64,000 bases of DNA. It comes from Negaprion brevirostris. Lineage: Eukaryota. Location of the stretch: positions 29,522,268 through 29,586,267 of the forward strand of contig JARDVH010000140.1 of assembly GCA_030324005.1 (NCBI GenBank), given 5' to 3'. Made by a program: the position numbers and the translations under genes. Below, piece by piece: positions 11,166 through 22,037 of the stretch; position 1 is the first letter of the stretch; each line of letters starts with the position of its first letter. The notes beneath the pieces are model-generated. The model had not been told where the DNA came from. It worked only from the letters and a program-made list of their open reading frames with translations, and did not search any database.

Positions 11166-11398
11166 GAAGTGTCCGTCCATCAGATTTTGGATTCTTATGC
11201 CAATTAATTGAATAGAAACCAGAAAAGTTGCCTTTCACACAAGGTTGTTTGTTCGAGTTGGCTGACGTTTGCTGCATCTTGAATGATCCATGAGCTGGTG
11301 ATAGCTGCCATCCTGAAGGAAAATGGGGAAATGCCTATTTCCTCTTGTTTAAATAATGATAGCTGCCTGGTGTTGAGTATTGTTGAAAAATAAACATG

Positions 11399-11432
11399 CT
11401 GTCAAAGCTTTTCATCTTGTACTTGTCAGGAT
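11399..11432 (-). ncRNA. Minimal type-I hammerhead ribozyme motif (mutated, PLE-associated)
   Basis: Reverse complement reads atc-CTGACAA-GTACAAGAT-GAAA-AGCTT-T-GACAG. Core G8 is changed to A and the 5' strand of stem I is damaged. Confidence 0.65.
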
Positions 11433-12177
11433 CAAATGGAACAACAGTATATTATGCATGAGAAAAGGGTGCTGATTGGTGTGGAGATGGACTCTGATTG
11501 GTCAAAGTGTTACCATGGAGTATATACCAGGGAACAATTGCCTCCCCTGCTTTTGTTTAATTGAAAAAGATACAATTTCTGGATATATTTTTTCTGTTTG
11601 CAGGGTACAGGGTCCTATATTTAAGTGTATGTCGCTTCTAGCAAGTGTAAGTGAGCCATATTGTAAGCTCAACTGATAATCTTAAATTGGTTGAAAGTAT
11701 TATTTTTAGCACTCCCGGGATTGTTAGGTAAGTGCCGTCCAATTGCAGAGTCACATTGATTATTGGAAAGAATGCCCTGAGTATTGCAGGCATGTGAATA
11801 GACAGCACCTTGCCTGCTCTGAACTGTCAAAGCGACATGCTGTTTGGTACAATCCACATGGGTTGGGATGTACGGCCTCTTTACCTGGCATCCCGCCTAC
11901 ACTGAAGTTTACATGCAACATTACTGATTTGTGTGGTAGGTCAATTGGGTGGCATGATGGCAGCCTCCTGTTGGTGGAGGTTACCATTCTTGTTGCTTTG
12001 ACCATGAATGCTAAGAATTACACTAACAACCAATTTAAGATTAACTGGGACAAACGTTCTCTGGTGCACGCTCCATGGCTTCACCTTGACCAATCAGAGC
12101 CTACTTGCCAACCAATCAGCAGCCTTTGGCCGTGCAGTATCAATTGTCGTTCCCTTTGAAATTTGGTATTCTGGAAT

Positions 12178-12213
12178 CTGTCATGATGAGTACAAGATGA
12201 AAAGCTTTGACAG
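12178..12213 (+). ncRNA. Minimal type-I hammerhead ribozyme motif (mutated, PLE-associated)
   Basis: CTGTC-ATGATGA-GTACAAGAT-GAAA-AGCTT-T-GACAG. Stem I CTGTC/GACAG is perfect and stem III is the palindrome AAGCTT. Core position C3 is changed to A. Confidence 0.7.
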
Positions 12214-12689
12214 CATTTCACATCTTTCAGCAATACCTCTGGAATAATACCATCGCTGTGTGAAGAAACATGATTATAGCGAAGCCTCTGGCATAAGTTT
12301 GGCCTGCATTCTTCAGCTGATGGAGGATCCATTGTGTCAGTTGTCTGGCAAAAGGGAAAGGAAATCTAATTAACCCAGTAAATTGATGCTCACGCAAGTA
12401 CAAGATACCCTTGTGAATTAGTGATACTTCAATTTGTGAATTTGGATGATTGACACGCTTCTGGTAGACCTCATGCTGCAACACACTGGTACAGTATACT
12501 CAAAGGGCCATTGTCATTTGGTAAAAGTTCTTGCAAGGCAAATTACTAGCTCTGTGCTCAGAGGAAATATGTGGTAACACGTATAGTGATGTGATGGCCT
12601 TTTGATGTAGGAAACTTCAAATTGATCATGGATGGGGGCACTATGTGAATTCAGAATGTCATGTGGCCCCCTTCTTAAGAGGAGGAGTG

Positions 12690-12880
12690 AGTGGGTGCAG
12701 TTGGTAGTGCTCCTGCCTCTGAGTTGCAAGGCCACAGGTTCCATCCTCACTGCAGGACTTGCTAGTCCAGCCACTGGTGCAGGCAAACCAGCAGCCATGC
12801 ATGCCAGTTACCAGCCAAATTGGGAGGGTTAGCAGCAGGGAGGACATTGGACGTAAAAGCATCTGCCAAATCCAAAAAAA
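12690..12880 (+). mobile_element. tRNA-derived SINE remnant with a distinct tail
   Basis: Head ggtgcagttggtagtgctcctgcctctgagt..aggttccatcctcac. Tail ggagggttagcagcagggaggacattggacgtaaaagcatctgccaaatc resembles the GGAAGGGCATCCGGCGTAAAA motif of RTE-related SINE ends. Confidence 0.5.
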
Positions 12881-12949
12881 TAGTTGAAATGCAAGGTGAT
12901 TGAGCTGCATGGTCCTTGTAACATGGAAAAATGTGAAAGAGGGTGCAAA

Positions 12950-13235
12950 CAGGGCATAATTGGCACTATTGCCTCACAGCACCAGGGACCCAGTTTCGAT
13001 ACCCAGCTTGGGTCACTGTGAAGAGTCTGCACATCCTCCCTGTCTCTGCGTAGGTTTCTTCCGGGTACTCTGGTTTCCTCCCACAGTCCAAGAAACATGC
13101 GGGTTTAGCATTGGGCATGCTAAATTCTCCCTCTGTGTACCCGAAGAGGCACTGGAGTGTGGCGACTAGGGATTTTCACAATAACTTCATTACAGTATTA
13201 ACATAAGCCTATTTGTGACATCAGTAAATAAAAAT
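12950..13235 (+). mobile_element. HE1-like V-SINE, tail type A
   Basis: gcctcacagcaccagggaccc..V core..taaattctccctctgtgtacccgaagaggcactggagtgtggcgactagg..ttgtgacatcagtaaataaaa. Confidence 0.92.
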
Positions 13236-14196
13236 GAAAGTTTCAGAAGAGGAGCACTTGAATTCGAATGTATCCAAAACTTGGTACAAGCTAAAGGAAC
13301 AATGGTCTAATTGGCTTTGCAAGTATTTTCTTTTAGCTGGGTTTGTTTAACTTGTTAGTTTCTAACCATTCTACCTGACTTGGGAATGATGCACTACCTC
13401 GAAATATAGTTTGATCCTTGGATTTCTTTTCAGTATAATCCCAACAGTGAAAAGCGAGAGGCTGCTTCCCTGAGTATGATTAATATTGTAGGCTATGCGG
13501 AAACTTTTTTGCTTCTTATCAATGGTTTCTAAAAGAAAAATGATCCAATTAGAATAGAAAGAGAGCCGAGTAATGGTTTTCATTTAATTTGTTAGAGGTG
13601 TCAGAATTGACACACAAAGATAAAGGAATCCTATAATTTTAACAGAGCTTATTGTGCAGTTCAATTTTGCTAATTTTGTTTGTATAGTCAATCGAACATG
13701 TGCTGTATTAAAAATTAAACAGCCTTGTTTTTGCTAGCTGGGACAGTGGACCGTCTGTCAGAACACAGCAGACATGTAAAACCCAAGAGTCCATTACCAT
13801 AGGTTACAGCAAATGTTAATCAGTACCAGTGCAGTTAAATAATGCAGTTAGTACAGATGGCAGCTACTACATTCAGTTGCAGATGTGTCCTTATGTCCCT
13901 AAGGCAGTTATATCACAGAAATTGTCAGGTACTGTCAGTGAATATGCTGAACAGGGTGTCACCTTTTTTTTTCATTTGGCCGAATTATATGGTACAGCCT
14001 GACTTAATGGCTATCCTGTATTGTCATCATTCACATAAATTGGTGGCTTTCACATCAGGGAAGTAAATTAAGACACCACTGGATTTTATCTTCATTTAGA
14101 GATCTCTTCCTAAGAGTCCCAAATAAAGACAACGAAGCTTTTCATGGCCCACAGATTATTGAAGCGTACAACAACTTGCAATTGAAAAATTAGTTT

Positions 14197-14519
14197 TGAC
14201 ACCACTTTCCAATTTCACATGGCAGAACTCAGACCTTGGCCGCTGGGGGAAACATGATCATTCCCTTGTGTGGTGCAGCCAATTGGTCAAGAAATCTAGC
14301 ATGGCATGCACCTGAAGTCCTCATGTCCAGTCTGATCTGCCCAAGCTCCCCGGCTCCAACACAAAGCTATCCCTGGTGTTGCAGGGTACGAGCGTTGATG
14401 CTTTTGAGTCCAGTGTGCGGTGATCCTGTAATCTGATGCTCCCAGCAGGGAATAACGCTTGCAAATGGATTAAAAATCACAGGCTGCAAGGGACATTTGC
14501 CATTGGGAATGTGGGGTCA
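14197..14519. mobile_element. MITE with ~17-bp imperfect TIRs
   Basis: tgacaccactttccaat (14197-14213) pairs with attgggaatgtggggtca (14502-14519). Interior is GC-rich relative to the flanks. Confidence 0.55.
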
Positions 14520-14917
14520 GAGCATCATCTCTCTTGTTCTGAACTGTCAAAAACTGTGCCAGAAAATGGACAAACAGCTGGTACTTTTGTTTTTCTTTCC
14601 TTCTCTTTGTATTTAGTTGTCCTATTTTTCTCCCTTTCTCACTTTTTCATTCACTGCCTTGTCCTCCCATTTTGGCCTCAATACCATAAGGGGTCCCTGT
14701 AATAACTTCAAAGGGGGCATAAAGTTACAAAGGGTTTATTACCAGCGTTTGATAGATATATACAAACAAGGGTCTGAACTACCCTCTGCTCCTCTCTGGC
14801 TCCAACCCAGGGGAGGATTGACCCTGTTTCCCATGCTACCATTCCATAGTAGATTGTTTGGGGAGGGGATGGGGGTGAGCTTAAGTAGAGACAAAGAAAC
14901 AAGAAAATGAAAATATA

Positions 14918-15228
14918 TTCATTGAATCCCTACAGAAGGATGCCATTCAGCCTATCAAGTCTGCATTGACTGTCTACCCAGGCCATACTCCTCTAACCCC
15001 ACATATTTACCCGACTCATCCCCCTGACCTACACATCTTTGAACACTAAGCGGTAACTTGGCATGGTCAATCCAACTAGCCTGCACATCTTTGTATGATG
15101 GAAGGAAATCGGAGCACCAGGAGGAAACACACGCAGACATGGGGAGAATGTGGAAACCCCACACTGCCGCAGAATTGAGCCTGGGTCCCTGACGCTGTGA
15201 GGTAGCAGTGCTAGCCACTGTGCCATCT
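14918..15228 (-). mobile_element. HE1-like V-SINE, tail type B (CR1-derived)
   Basis: Same head and core as type A. The minus-strand tail ends gcagacttgataggctgaatggcatccttctgtagggattcaatgaa. Confidence 0.9.
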
Positions 15229-15744
15229 GTATAATTAATGGTAATTTATTGAAAATATTTCTGAGAGCGTAACAAACGGCAAATAGGAACTAGAAATGTG
15301 CTGACATAATATGAGAGATTTTTCTGATGGGCACTATCTAACTATCTAGATAAGACATATGTTTCAAAGGGCCATGTCATATCTGCTACAGATATCTGAT
15401 GCTAACTGAATTGAAAAATGTTTCATTTTCTAATACTCACAATCTGTGAAAATATACACCAGAAACATCATAAATGGGAAGAAATGGGTTTTTGGGAATG
15501 TAAAACATATTACCTTTTAAGGAATACTTGCTGAGGCATCGATTTTTCCAGCAGCGAGAGGTAAGTATATATTTTTAAAGTTTAGTCAAAAATTCTTTTT
15601 CATAGAAGCAAGAGGAAGAAGCGCGTTCTCAATGTCTTTACGATCCAACCAGTTCCCCCCACCAGCTCAATGCAACCCTGTAGACAAACTGCCTCTCCAA
15701 CTGTTCAGACAGATATGAATCTGGAGCTGAGACAAATTTAAATT

Positions 15745-16025
15745 TATTAAGTTTGTTTTTATTAGTGTCACCAGTAGTAACACAGCAATGAATTTACTGT
15801 GAAAATCCCCTAGTTGCCACACTCTGGTGTCTGTTCAGACACACTGAGGGAGAATTTAGCATGGCCAATGCACCTAATCAGCAAATCTTTCAAACTATGG
15901 GAGGAAACCGGAGCAAACCCACGCAGACACGGGGAGAATGTGCAGACCCCACACAGACAGTTACCCAAGCCGGGAATCGAACCCGGATCCCTGCCACTAT
16001 GAAGCAGCAGTGCTAACCACTACCC
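15745..16025 (-). mobile_element. HE1-like V-SINE, tail type A
   Basis: ttattagtgtcac..actgtgaaaatcccctagttgccacactctgg..gggaatcgaacccggatccctg..gtgctaaccac. Confidence 0.92.
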
Positions 16026-16918
16026 TATTTGTCTCACAAAGCTGACAATTTGAGCTGGATCTTCAGATCAGCCTCACTTCAGTCGTTTTGTTTTTGTAAC
16101 TGCTTTCTCACCTTCCTCTTTATCCTAAAATACCCAACAAATGAGCTTCCTGAATAACGGACACACACATTCCAATTGATTTGTCATAATCACGTTTTAC
16201 AGTGACACAACTTTATTTATATGCACACTGTAACTTTGAGAAATAATTGATCCATACATCATCCTAATAATAGTTTCACCCTCTTATCTTTGATCGTTTA
16301 GTTTGAGTTCCAATTCACTGCCACTATCTGCAACACAGTTTGTCGCAGTTGATTGGATTAAGATATCACTGTGGGATTGCTTTAAGGTCACTATCAATCA
16401 GTGTTGGAGCCTCCTAGTTACAACAATCAAAGGAGGAATATTATCAGGAATGACTTAATGAGTCATATTCATGTTAAACCTGTTATTGATTGGATATTTA
16501 ATATTTTGTATGCGTAACTATCCTTTCTCAACGTGGAAGGCATGCATATTGCCTGTGTGGCCACTAATTGAGAAGTTATGGTTGACCAATTAAAACTGTT
16601 CTGCAAAACGAGGAGATCTGCAACTGTTTTCACAGTAGAGGTGCAGTGCCCCATACACAAGGGCAGGCACTTGAAATGCTTCTCTGTGTCGCAACACCAC
16701 TCGAGGATTTTGATCCGAAATCTCCGACCTTTTTTCAGAGTTGGGAACCAGGTACATTTGACTGGACAACAAATAATTAACAGAAACATGTTTTACCACC
16801 ACTGCCGTGACCAAATTAACAGCGTCTCCATCAGGATTCCGTGTGAGGTGAAAGGATGGATGAAGAGCGTGCAAGTTTGAGACATGACAGCGACTGAGTG
16901 ATTTTGAAACAAATTCAA

Positions 16919-17683
16919 GGCCACAAATTCTCGGTCATATCATCCCTGACGCACAACGTGTTATAGTGGAGCAGGGCTGGAGAATTGCAGGTTCTGCGCC
17001 AGCGCAAAATCTCATTGGTATCTTCTCACCCATCGCTACCGGACATAATCTGGTACCTGCCTGGTAAGGGCAGGAACCAGCTTAGCATACTTAAATGAAC
17101 AGTTAAANNNNNNNNNNNNNNNNNNNNNNNNNNNNNNNNNNNNNNNNNNNNNNNNNNNNNNNNNNNNNNNNNNNNNNNNNNNNNNNNNNNNNNNNNNNNN
17201 NNNNNNNNNNNNNNNNNNNNNNNNNNNNNNNNNNNNNNNNNNNNNNNNNNNNNNNNNNNNNNNNNNNNNNNNNNNNNNNNNNNNNNNNNNNNNNNNNNNN
17301 NNNNNNNNNNNNNNNNNNNNNNNNNNNNNNNNNNNNNNNNNNNNNNNNNNNNNNNNNNNNNNNNNNNNNNNNNNNNNNNNNNNNNNNNNNNNNNNNNNNN
17401 NNNNNNNNNNNNNNNNNNNNNNNNNNNNNNNNNNNATTGGGAGGGTCCCAATGCTACAATATCAGTGATCTTTTTTGGGATGAGGGGAAACATCCTCCAA
17501 ATGAGGAGAGGGTGTCAGGGCTTGGGGGGGCTTCCCGATGTTGGTGGGGGGAGGGCGGAGGAGTTCTCAATTGCAATTTGATTAAAAATTGCACCTAATC
17601 TCTGTAAGCTAGGCTTCCCCTCAGAACTAGGGAAAACTTATCACTCTCCCAAAAAAATGACTCATTGTGGGAAAATTGCGGTC
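16919..17683. mobile_element. PIF/Harbinger-like MITE spanning an N gap
   Basis: Ends ggccacaaattctc / gggaaaattgcggtc are imperfect inverted repeats. GC-rich interior. Confidence 0.5.
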
Positions 17684-17947
17684 TGATTTGCGACGACTAA
17701 CACTAATCTTCTTGCCCAAAATGACATTTTGTCACGTTGAGGGAAAATTCCTTGTTCTTGCACAAAATCTAAAGAAAGGGCTTTTAAATGTGCCTGGAGA
17801 GAGAACTCTTTGCTTTACATACACAAAGCTTAATCTGCACTGGGAGTCTGCTATTATAGAATTAATGGGGAAAAAATTTGCCTTTCTACCATGACATTGA
17901 GTGGTATGCGGATACAGTGCAACAGGGAGAATCTGGCAGGGGAGTAC

Positions 17948-18960
17948 CAGGTCTTGCTGCATCTGGACATGTATTGCTTCAGTATCTGAGGAGATGGGAA
18001 TGATGCAGAACATCATTGGTGATCATCCCCACTTGGGGGTGACACGGTAGCACAGTGGTTAGCACTGCCATGTCACAGCGCCAGGGACTTGGGTTCGATA
18101 CCTGGCTTGGGTCACGTGTCTGTCTGTTTGAGTTTCCTCCAGGTGTTCCGGTTTCCTCCTGTGGTCTAAAAACGTGCTGGTTAGGTGGATTGGCCAGGCT
18201 AAATTCTCCCTCAGTGTACCTGAACAGGTGCCGGAATGTAACTGTGAAGTTATTTTCACAGTAACTTCATTGCTGTGTTAATGTAATCCTACTTGAGATA
18301 CTAATAAATAGACTTTTCTGCCTGTATGATGAAGGAAGGTCAATGATGAAGCAGCTGAAGATGGTTGGGCCAAGGACACTCCCCCCAAGGAACTCTTGCA
18401 GAGATGTCCTAGGTCTGAGATGGTTAGCCTACAACAACCCACATCCATCTTTGTATTCCAACCAGTGGAAGGTTTACCCCCCATTTCCCGTTTTGTTTGG
18501 ACTCCTTGGTGCCACACATATTGCCTCGATCTCAAGGACAGTCACTTTCACCTCACCTTTTGAGTTCAGTTCTGCTATCCTTGTTTGGCTGAAAGCTGTA
18601 ATGAGGTCAGGACCCGAGTGGCCCTGGTGGAACCCAAACTGACCATCAATGAGCTGATTACTTTCAAGTAAGTGCCACTTGATAGACTGTTGATAACCCC
18701 TTCCATCACTTTGCTGATGAACAAGAGTAGACTGATGGGGTAATAATGAGCTGGGTTGGATTTGTCCACATTACAGGGTAGATGCCTGTGTTGTATCTGT
18801 ACTGGAAGAGCTTGGTTAGGGGTGCATTTTTGGAGCACAATCTTCAATACTATTGCTGGAATGTTGTCAAGGCCGTTAGCTTTGCATTATCCAGTGCCTT
18901 CAACTGTTTCTTGATATCACGTGGAGTGAATCGAACAAGCTGAAGACTGACATCCGGGGA
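17948..18960 (-). mobile_element. CR1-group LINE RT fragment split by a V-SINE
   Basis: Minus strand: DKSNPAHYYPISLLLFISKVMEGVINS and SVLGPTIFSCFIIDLP. Antiparallel to 55080-55830. Confidence 0.88.
18036..18312 (+). mobile_element. HE1-like V-SINE, tail type A, nested in LINE
   Basis: gggggtgacacggtagcacagtggttagcactg..ttgagatactaataaatag. The host rejoins as catccccactt|ctg. Confidence 0.92.
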
Positions 18961-19514
18961 TCTCAGACAGAAGTTGATTGACATCTTCGCAAAAGATGGT
19001 CTTTTAATTATTCATGTTTTTATTAGAGTGTAGATGGTGAAAAGATCCTACAGTAAGCTTTTCAAACAATCCTAACAATTGCACACATAAAACATTAATT
19101 TTTATATGCACAGAATAATAAGTAATAACTGAGCTATTTTCAATTTATATTTTTGATTATAGAAAATCAGGAGTTGATGGTTTGAGGTTCCAGTGGTTCA
19201 TTAACCAGCTTACTGACTTTGCATAAAAGCTTTGCACTTAGCACAACTGCAGCATTCACAGTTCCAGTGCTGTAAAGAGATCCATGATGAAGTATTTTGT
19301 GCTGGTAACTTCGTATTACAATATTCTTGAGGCAAAGTTTTCCCTTTCTACACAAGTTGGATTCTGTTGTCTGACTGGCACCAGCATGTTTATGCCCATG
19401 TCAGCAAAGTAAAATATCCTGAGCAGGAGATCAAGCTACAAACAGGATTTTAACACAGTCAGATGTGGGTTCCTTCATACGATAATGGTGTTTACGCTTT
19501 GGTTCCTGATTTGC

Positions 19515-19836
19515 GACACACAAATGCCAGGCAATGATCATCACCAATCAGAGACACTCTAACCACCACCCCTTGATATTCAATGGTGTTACCATCACTG
19601 AATCCCCCACTGTCAACATATTGTAGTTACCATTGACCAGAAACTCAACTAGACTCGCCACATAAGCACAGTGGCTACAACAGCAGATCAGAGGCTTGGA
19701 ATACTGCGGTGAGTAACTCATCTTCTGAGAGGTGTGATAGAATACCTGGCACTTACCTGCAGCTCCAACATCACTCAAGAAACTCGACACCATCCAGGAC
19801 TAAGCAGCCCATGTGGCTGGCACCACATCCACCCCC
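19515..19836 (+). mobile_element. CR1-group LINE fragment (post-RT)
   Basis: aaatgccaggcaatgatcatc..gttaccattgaccagaaactcaact..gacaccatccaggac, homologous to 55880-56200. Confidence 0.85.
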
Positions 19837-21634
19837 NNNNNNNNNNNNNNNNNNNNNNNNNNNNNNNNNNNNNNNNNNNNNNNNNNNNNNNNNNNNNNNN
19901 NNNNNNNNNNNNNNNNNNNNNNNNNNNNNNNNNNNNCCTCCAACTCAGTCCTAAATCTGCTCCCCTTTGTTTTGAGGCTCCCCCCTCCCCCCCCCAATCG
20001 TTCTGGTTTCACCCGCCAGTGGCAACCACCTTCCTTCCGGACAGAAACTTGACTCACGATCATTGTGCAAAGATGAAACCTGCTTCCTCTCAGGAAAGGA
20101 AAGTAAGGAAGGAATGTTGCCAACCAATTCGCAGATGTGGAATCTAAAGAACAGAAAGAAAGTGTTAAATTCCAGTTTGGGTGACATTGCCATTCCTCCA
20201 AAATGCTCCAACTCAATAATGAACAACCTTTAAGGACTCCCATCATCAGATAACTGGGAAGGTATTTTGGACATCAGAGTGTCTGCATAATTTTGGTAAG
20301 TATTTTCCCTTACCTATGTGCATTCCAACAGCCAACATTTGAGTGGAGATTTTTAAGACTTTTGCAGAAGCTTTTGTTTGCTCTGATGAAGACAATTGGT
20401 CAGTTCTGATACCTTGGATTGAAAGAGTTATTATCTGAGCTTTATGTGCCTCAGGCCTTTCGATGCATGATTTAAGATGCTTTATATGTGTCAATAGGTG
20501 GAAAGCAGTGAGTCCTATGAAGAGTGCACTTGAATCCTTTCAGATGTATGAACAAGAGAATACTGTACTCTTATCTGTGTCTTCACAGCAGCTTGTATAG
20601 ATGCCTAGCAGTGAGTTTTGGGTTTTGCCAATAGCAAGATGTTAGTATAGTGAGTGATTTTATTCAACAAGACTGGTTGCTTTGAGCTGAACCCATTGAT
20701 ACCCTTGCTCTCATGGTCTCTTGTGGCAAACGTTATTCACAGAGCAGAAATTCTCTATCATGATTAAATTCCTGCCTCATGATCTTGGGCTCAATAGTCA
20801 CTCCTTTTCAATATTTTAAAAAATTTATGTTCTGCCTTGTTCACTCAAATATTTATTTGGGAACAACAGTCTTTTGAGTAAACAAGAGTTCAAGTGTGAT
20901 GTCTGAACTGCTGCTCACACAGATAGACATGTGCTTTATTTAACTGACCCTTGACAGATGAGTACTACTGTTTTGAGTGTGGTGAATTTGAGGTAGAGCG
21001 GCGGGCAACTGGAGAGAAATCCACAAAGCCAGTTTGGTTAGAGAAAAGTGAAATTCATTTGAACTATAACTTGATGGGCTGAATGGCCTCCTCCTGTTCC
21101 TGTATACTTTCGACTATTGAAACACATTGCTGGGGCAATACTTCATTTGAAGCACCTTGCCACTGATTCAGTGCTGCAGGAGAATGTCAGCCGAGATTAG
21201 TTTGATGACAGCAGTGGGGAGGAAGAACTGCTTGACATTTATAGCGCTGTAATGTAAAACCTGGGGCAGGGATGTGAAACAAGCCATGTCGCTTACACAG
21301 AAAGTTGAGGCACTGTTACAGAAGTTGGCTGCTGTTTTCAGGAGTGGAGGGCTGCAGTGTCAGGGTCAGTGAGGTTTGGAAAGCTGATGTCAGTTTTACA
21401 AGATTCCGGATATCACATTGCATCTTGTGTTCAAGCACCCAAATCACACGCTCATCAAACATCTGAAGGAAGAACTCTGTGATGAAACTCCCCCCTCAGA
21501 TCTCGTGCTGATGCAGTAGGCTGGTTATTCAGAGCAGAGTGACAGTCAACCCACATGAAAGCAAACAAGGCTGGTGCGTACCCCAAATTTACAGAATTGA
21601 ACTGGGTTTCGGTTTTGAATCTTACCCAATTTCT

Positions 21635-21952
21635 GGGCAGCACGCTGGTTAGCACTGCTGCCTCGCAGCTCAAGGGACCTGGGTTCAATTCCAGCTTATC
21701 TGCGTGTAGTTTGCACATTCTCCCCATGTCTGCGTGGGTTTCCTCCGGGTGCTCCGGTTTCCTCCCACGGTCCAAAGATGTGCAGGTTAGGTGCATTGGC
21801 CATGCTAAATTGGCCCTTAGTGTCCAGTTTGCAAAGGTTAGAGGGATTAGTGGGGTAAATATGTAAGGTTCCAGGGATGAGGTGTGGATGGGATTGTTGT
21901 CGGTGCAGACTCGATGGGCCGAATAGCCTCCTTCTGCACTGTGGAGGTTTCT
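21635..21952 (+). mobile_element. HE1-like V-SINE, tail type B
   Basis: gggcagcacgctggttagcactgctgcctc..tgggtttcctccgggtgctccggtttcctcccac..gtcggtgcagactcgatgggccgaatagcctccttctgcactgt. Confidence 0.93.
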
Positions 21953-22037
21953 AATTGCAGCTGAAGAAATTAATTTAGAAGTTGCAAGAAATGATGAAGT
22001 TATCTCATCCAGGCTACAAACAAACTTAGTGTTTCAT

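Larger units (their letters stand above)
11375..12239. mobile_element. Penelope-like element (PLE) remnant in inverted arrangement: GIY-YIG C-terminus plus inverted terminal repeats
   Basis: Minus strand: PTTQISNVACKLQCRRDAR*RGRTSQ (decayed VVY..YVG GIY-YIG motif), then KQHV..DSAIGRHLPNNPGSAKNNTFNQFKIIS..HLHLLEATY. Plus strand 12008-12042 repeats AKNYTNNQFKI. Perfect 28-bp inverted repeat 11396-11423/12189-12216. Confidence 0.88.

Noticed and set aside
13240-13275. cagaagaggagcacttgaattcgaa resembling a hammerhead/PLE terminus
   Set aside because: Too degenerate: both boxes are mutated and there is no supporting flanking PLE sequence.
20382-20410. CTGATGA followed by a short stem (also 8373 and 38373)
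   Set aside because: No correctly placed GAAA box or stems I/III, so it is not a hammerhead.
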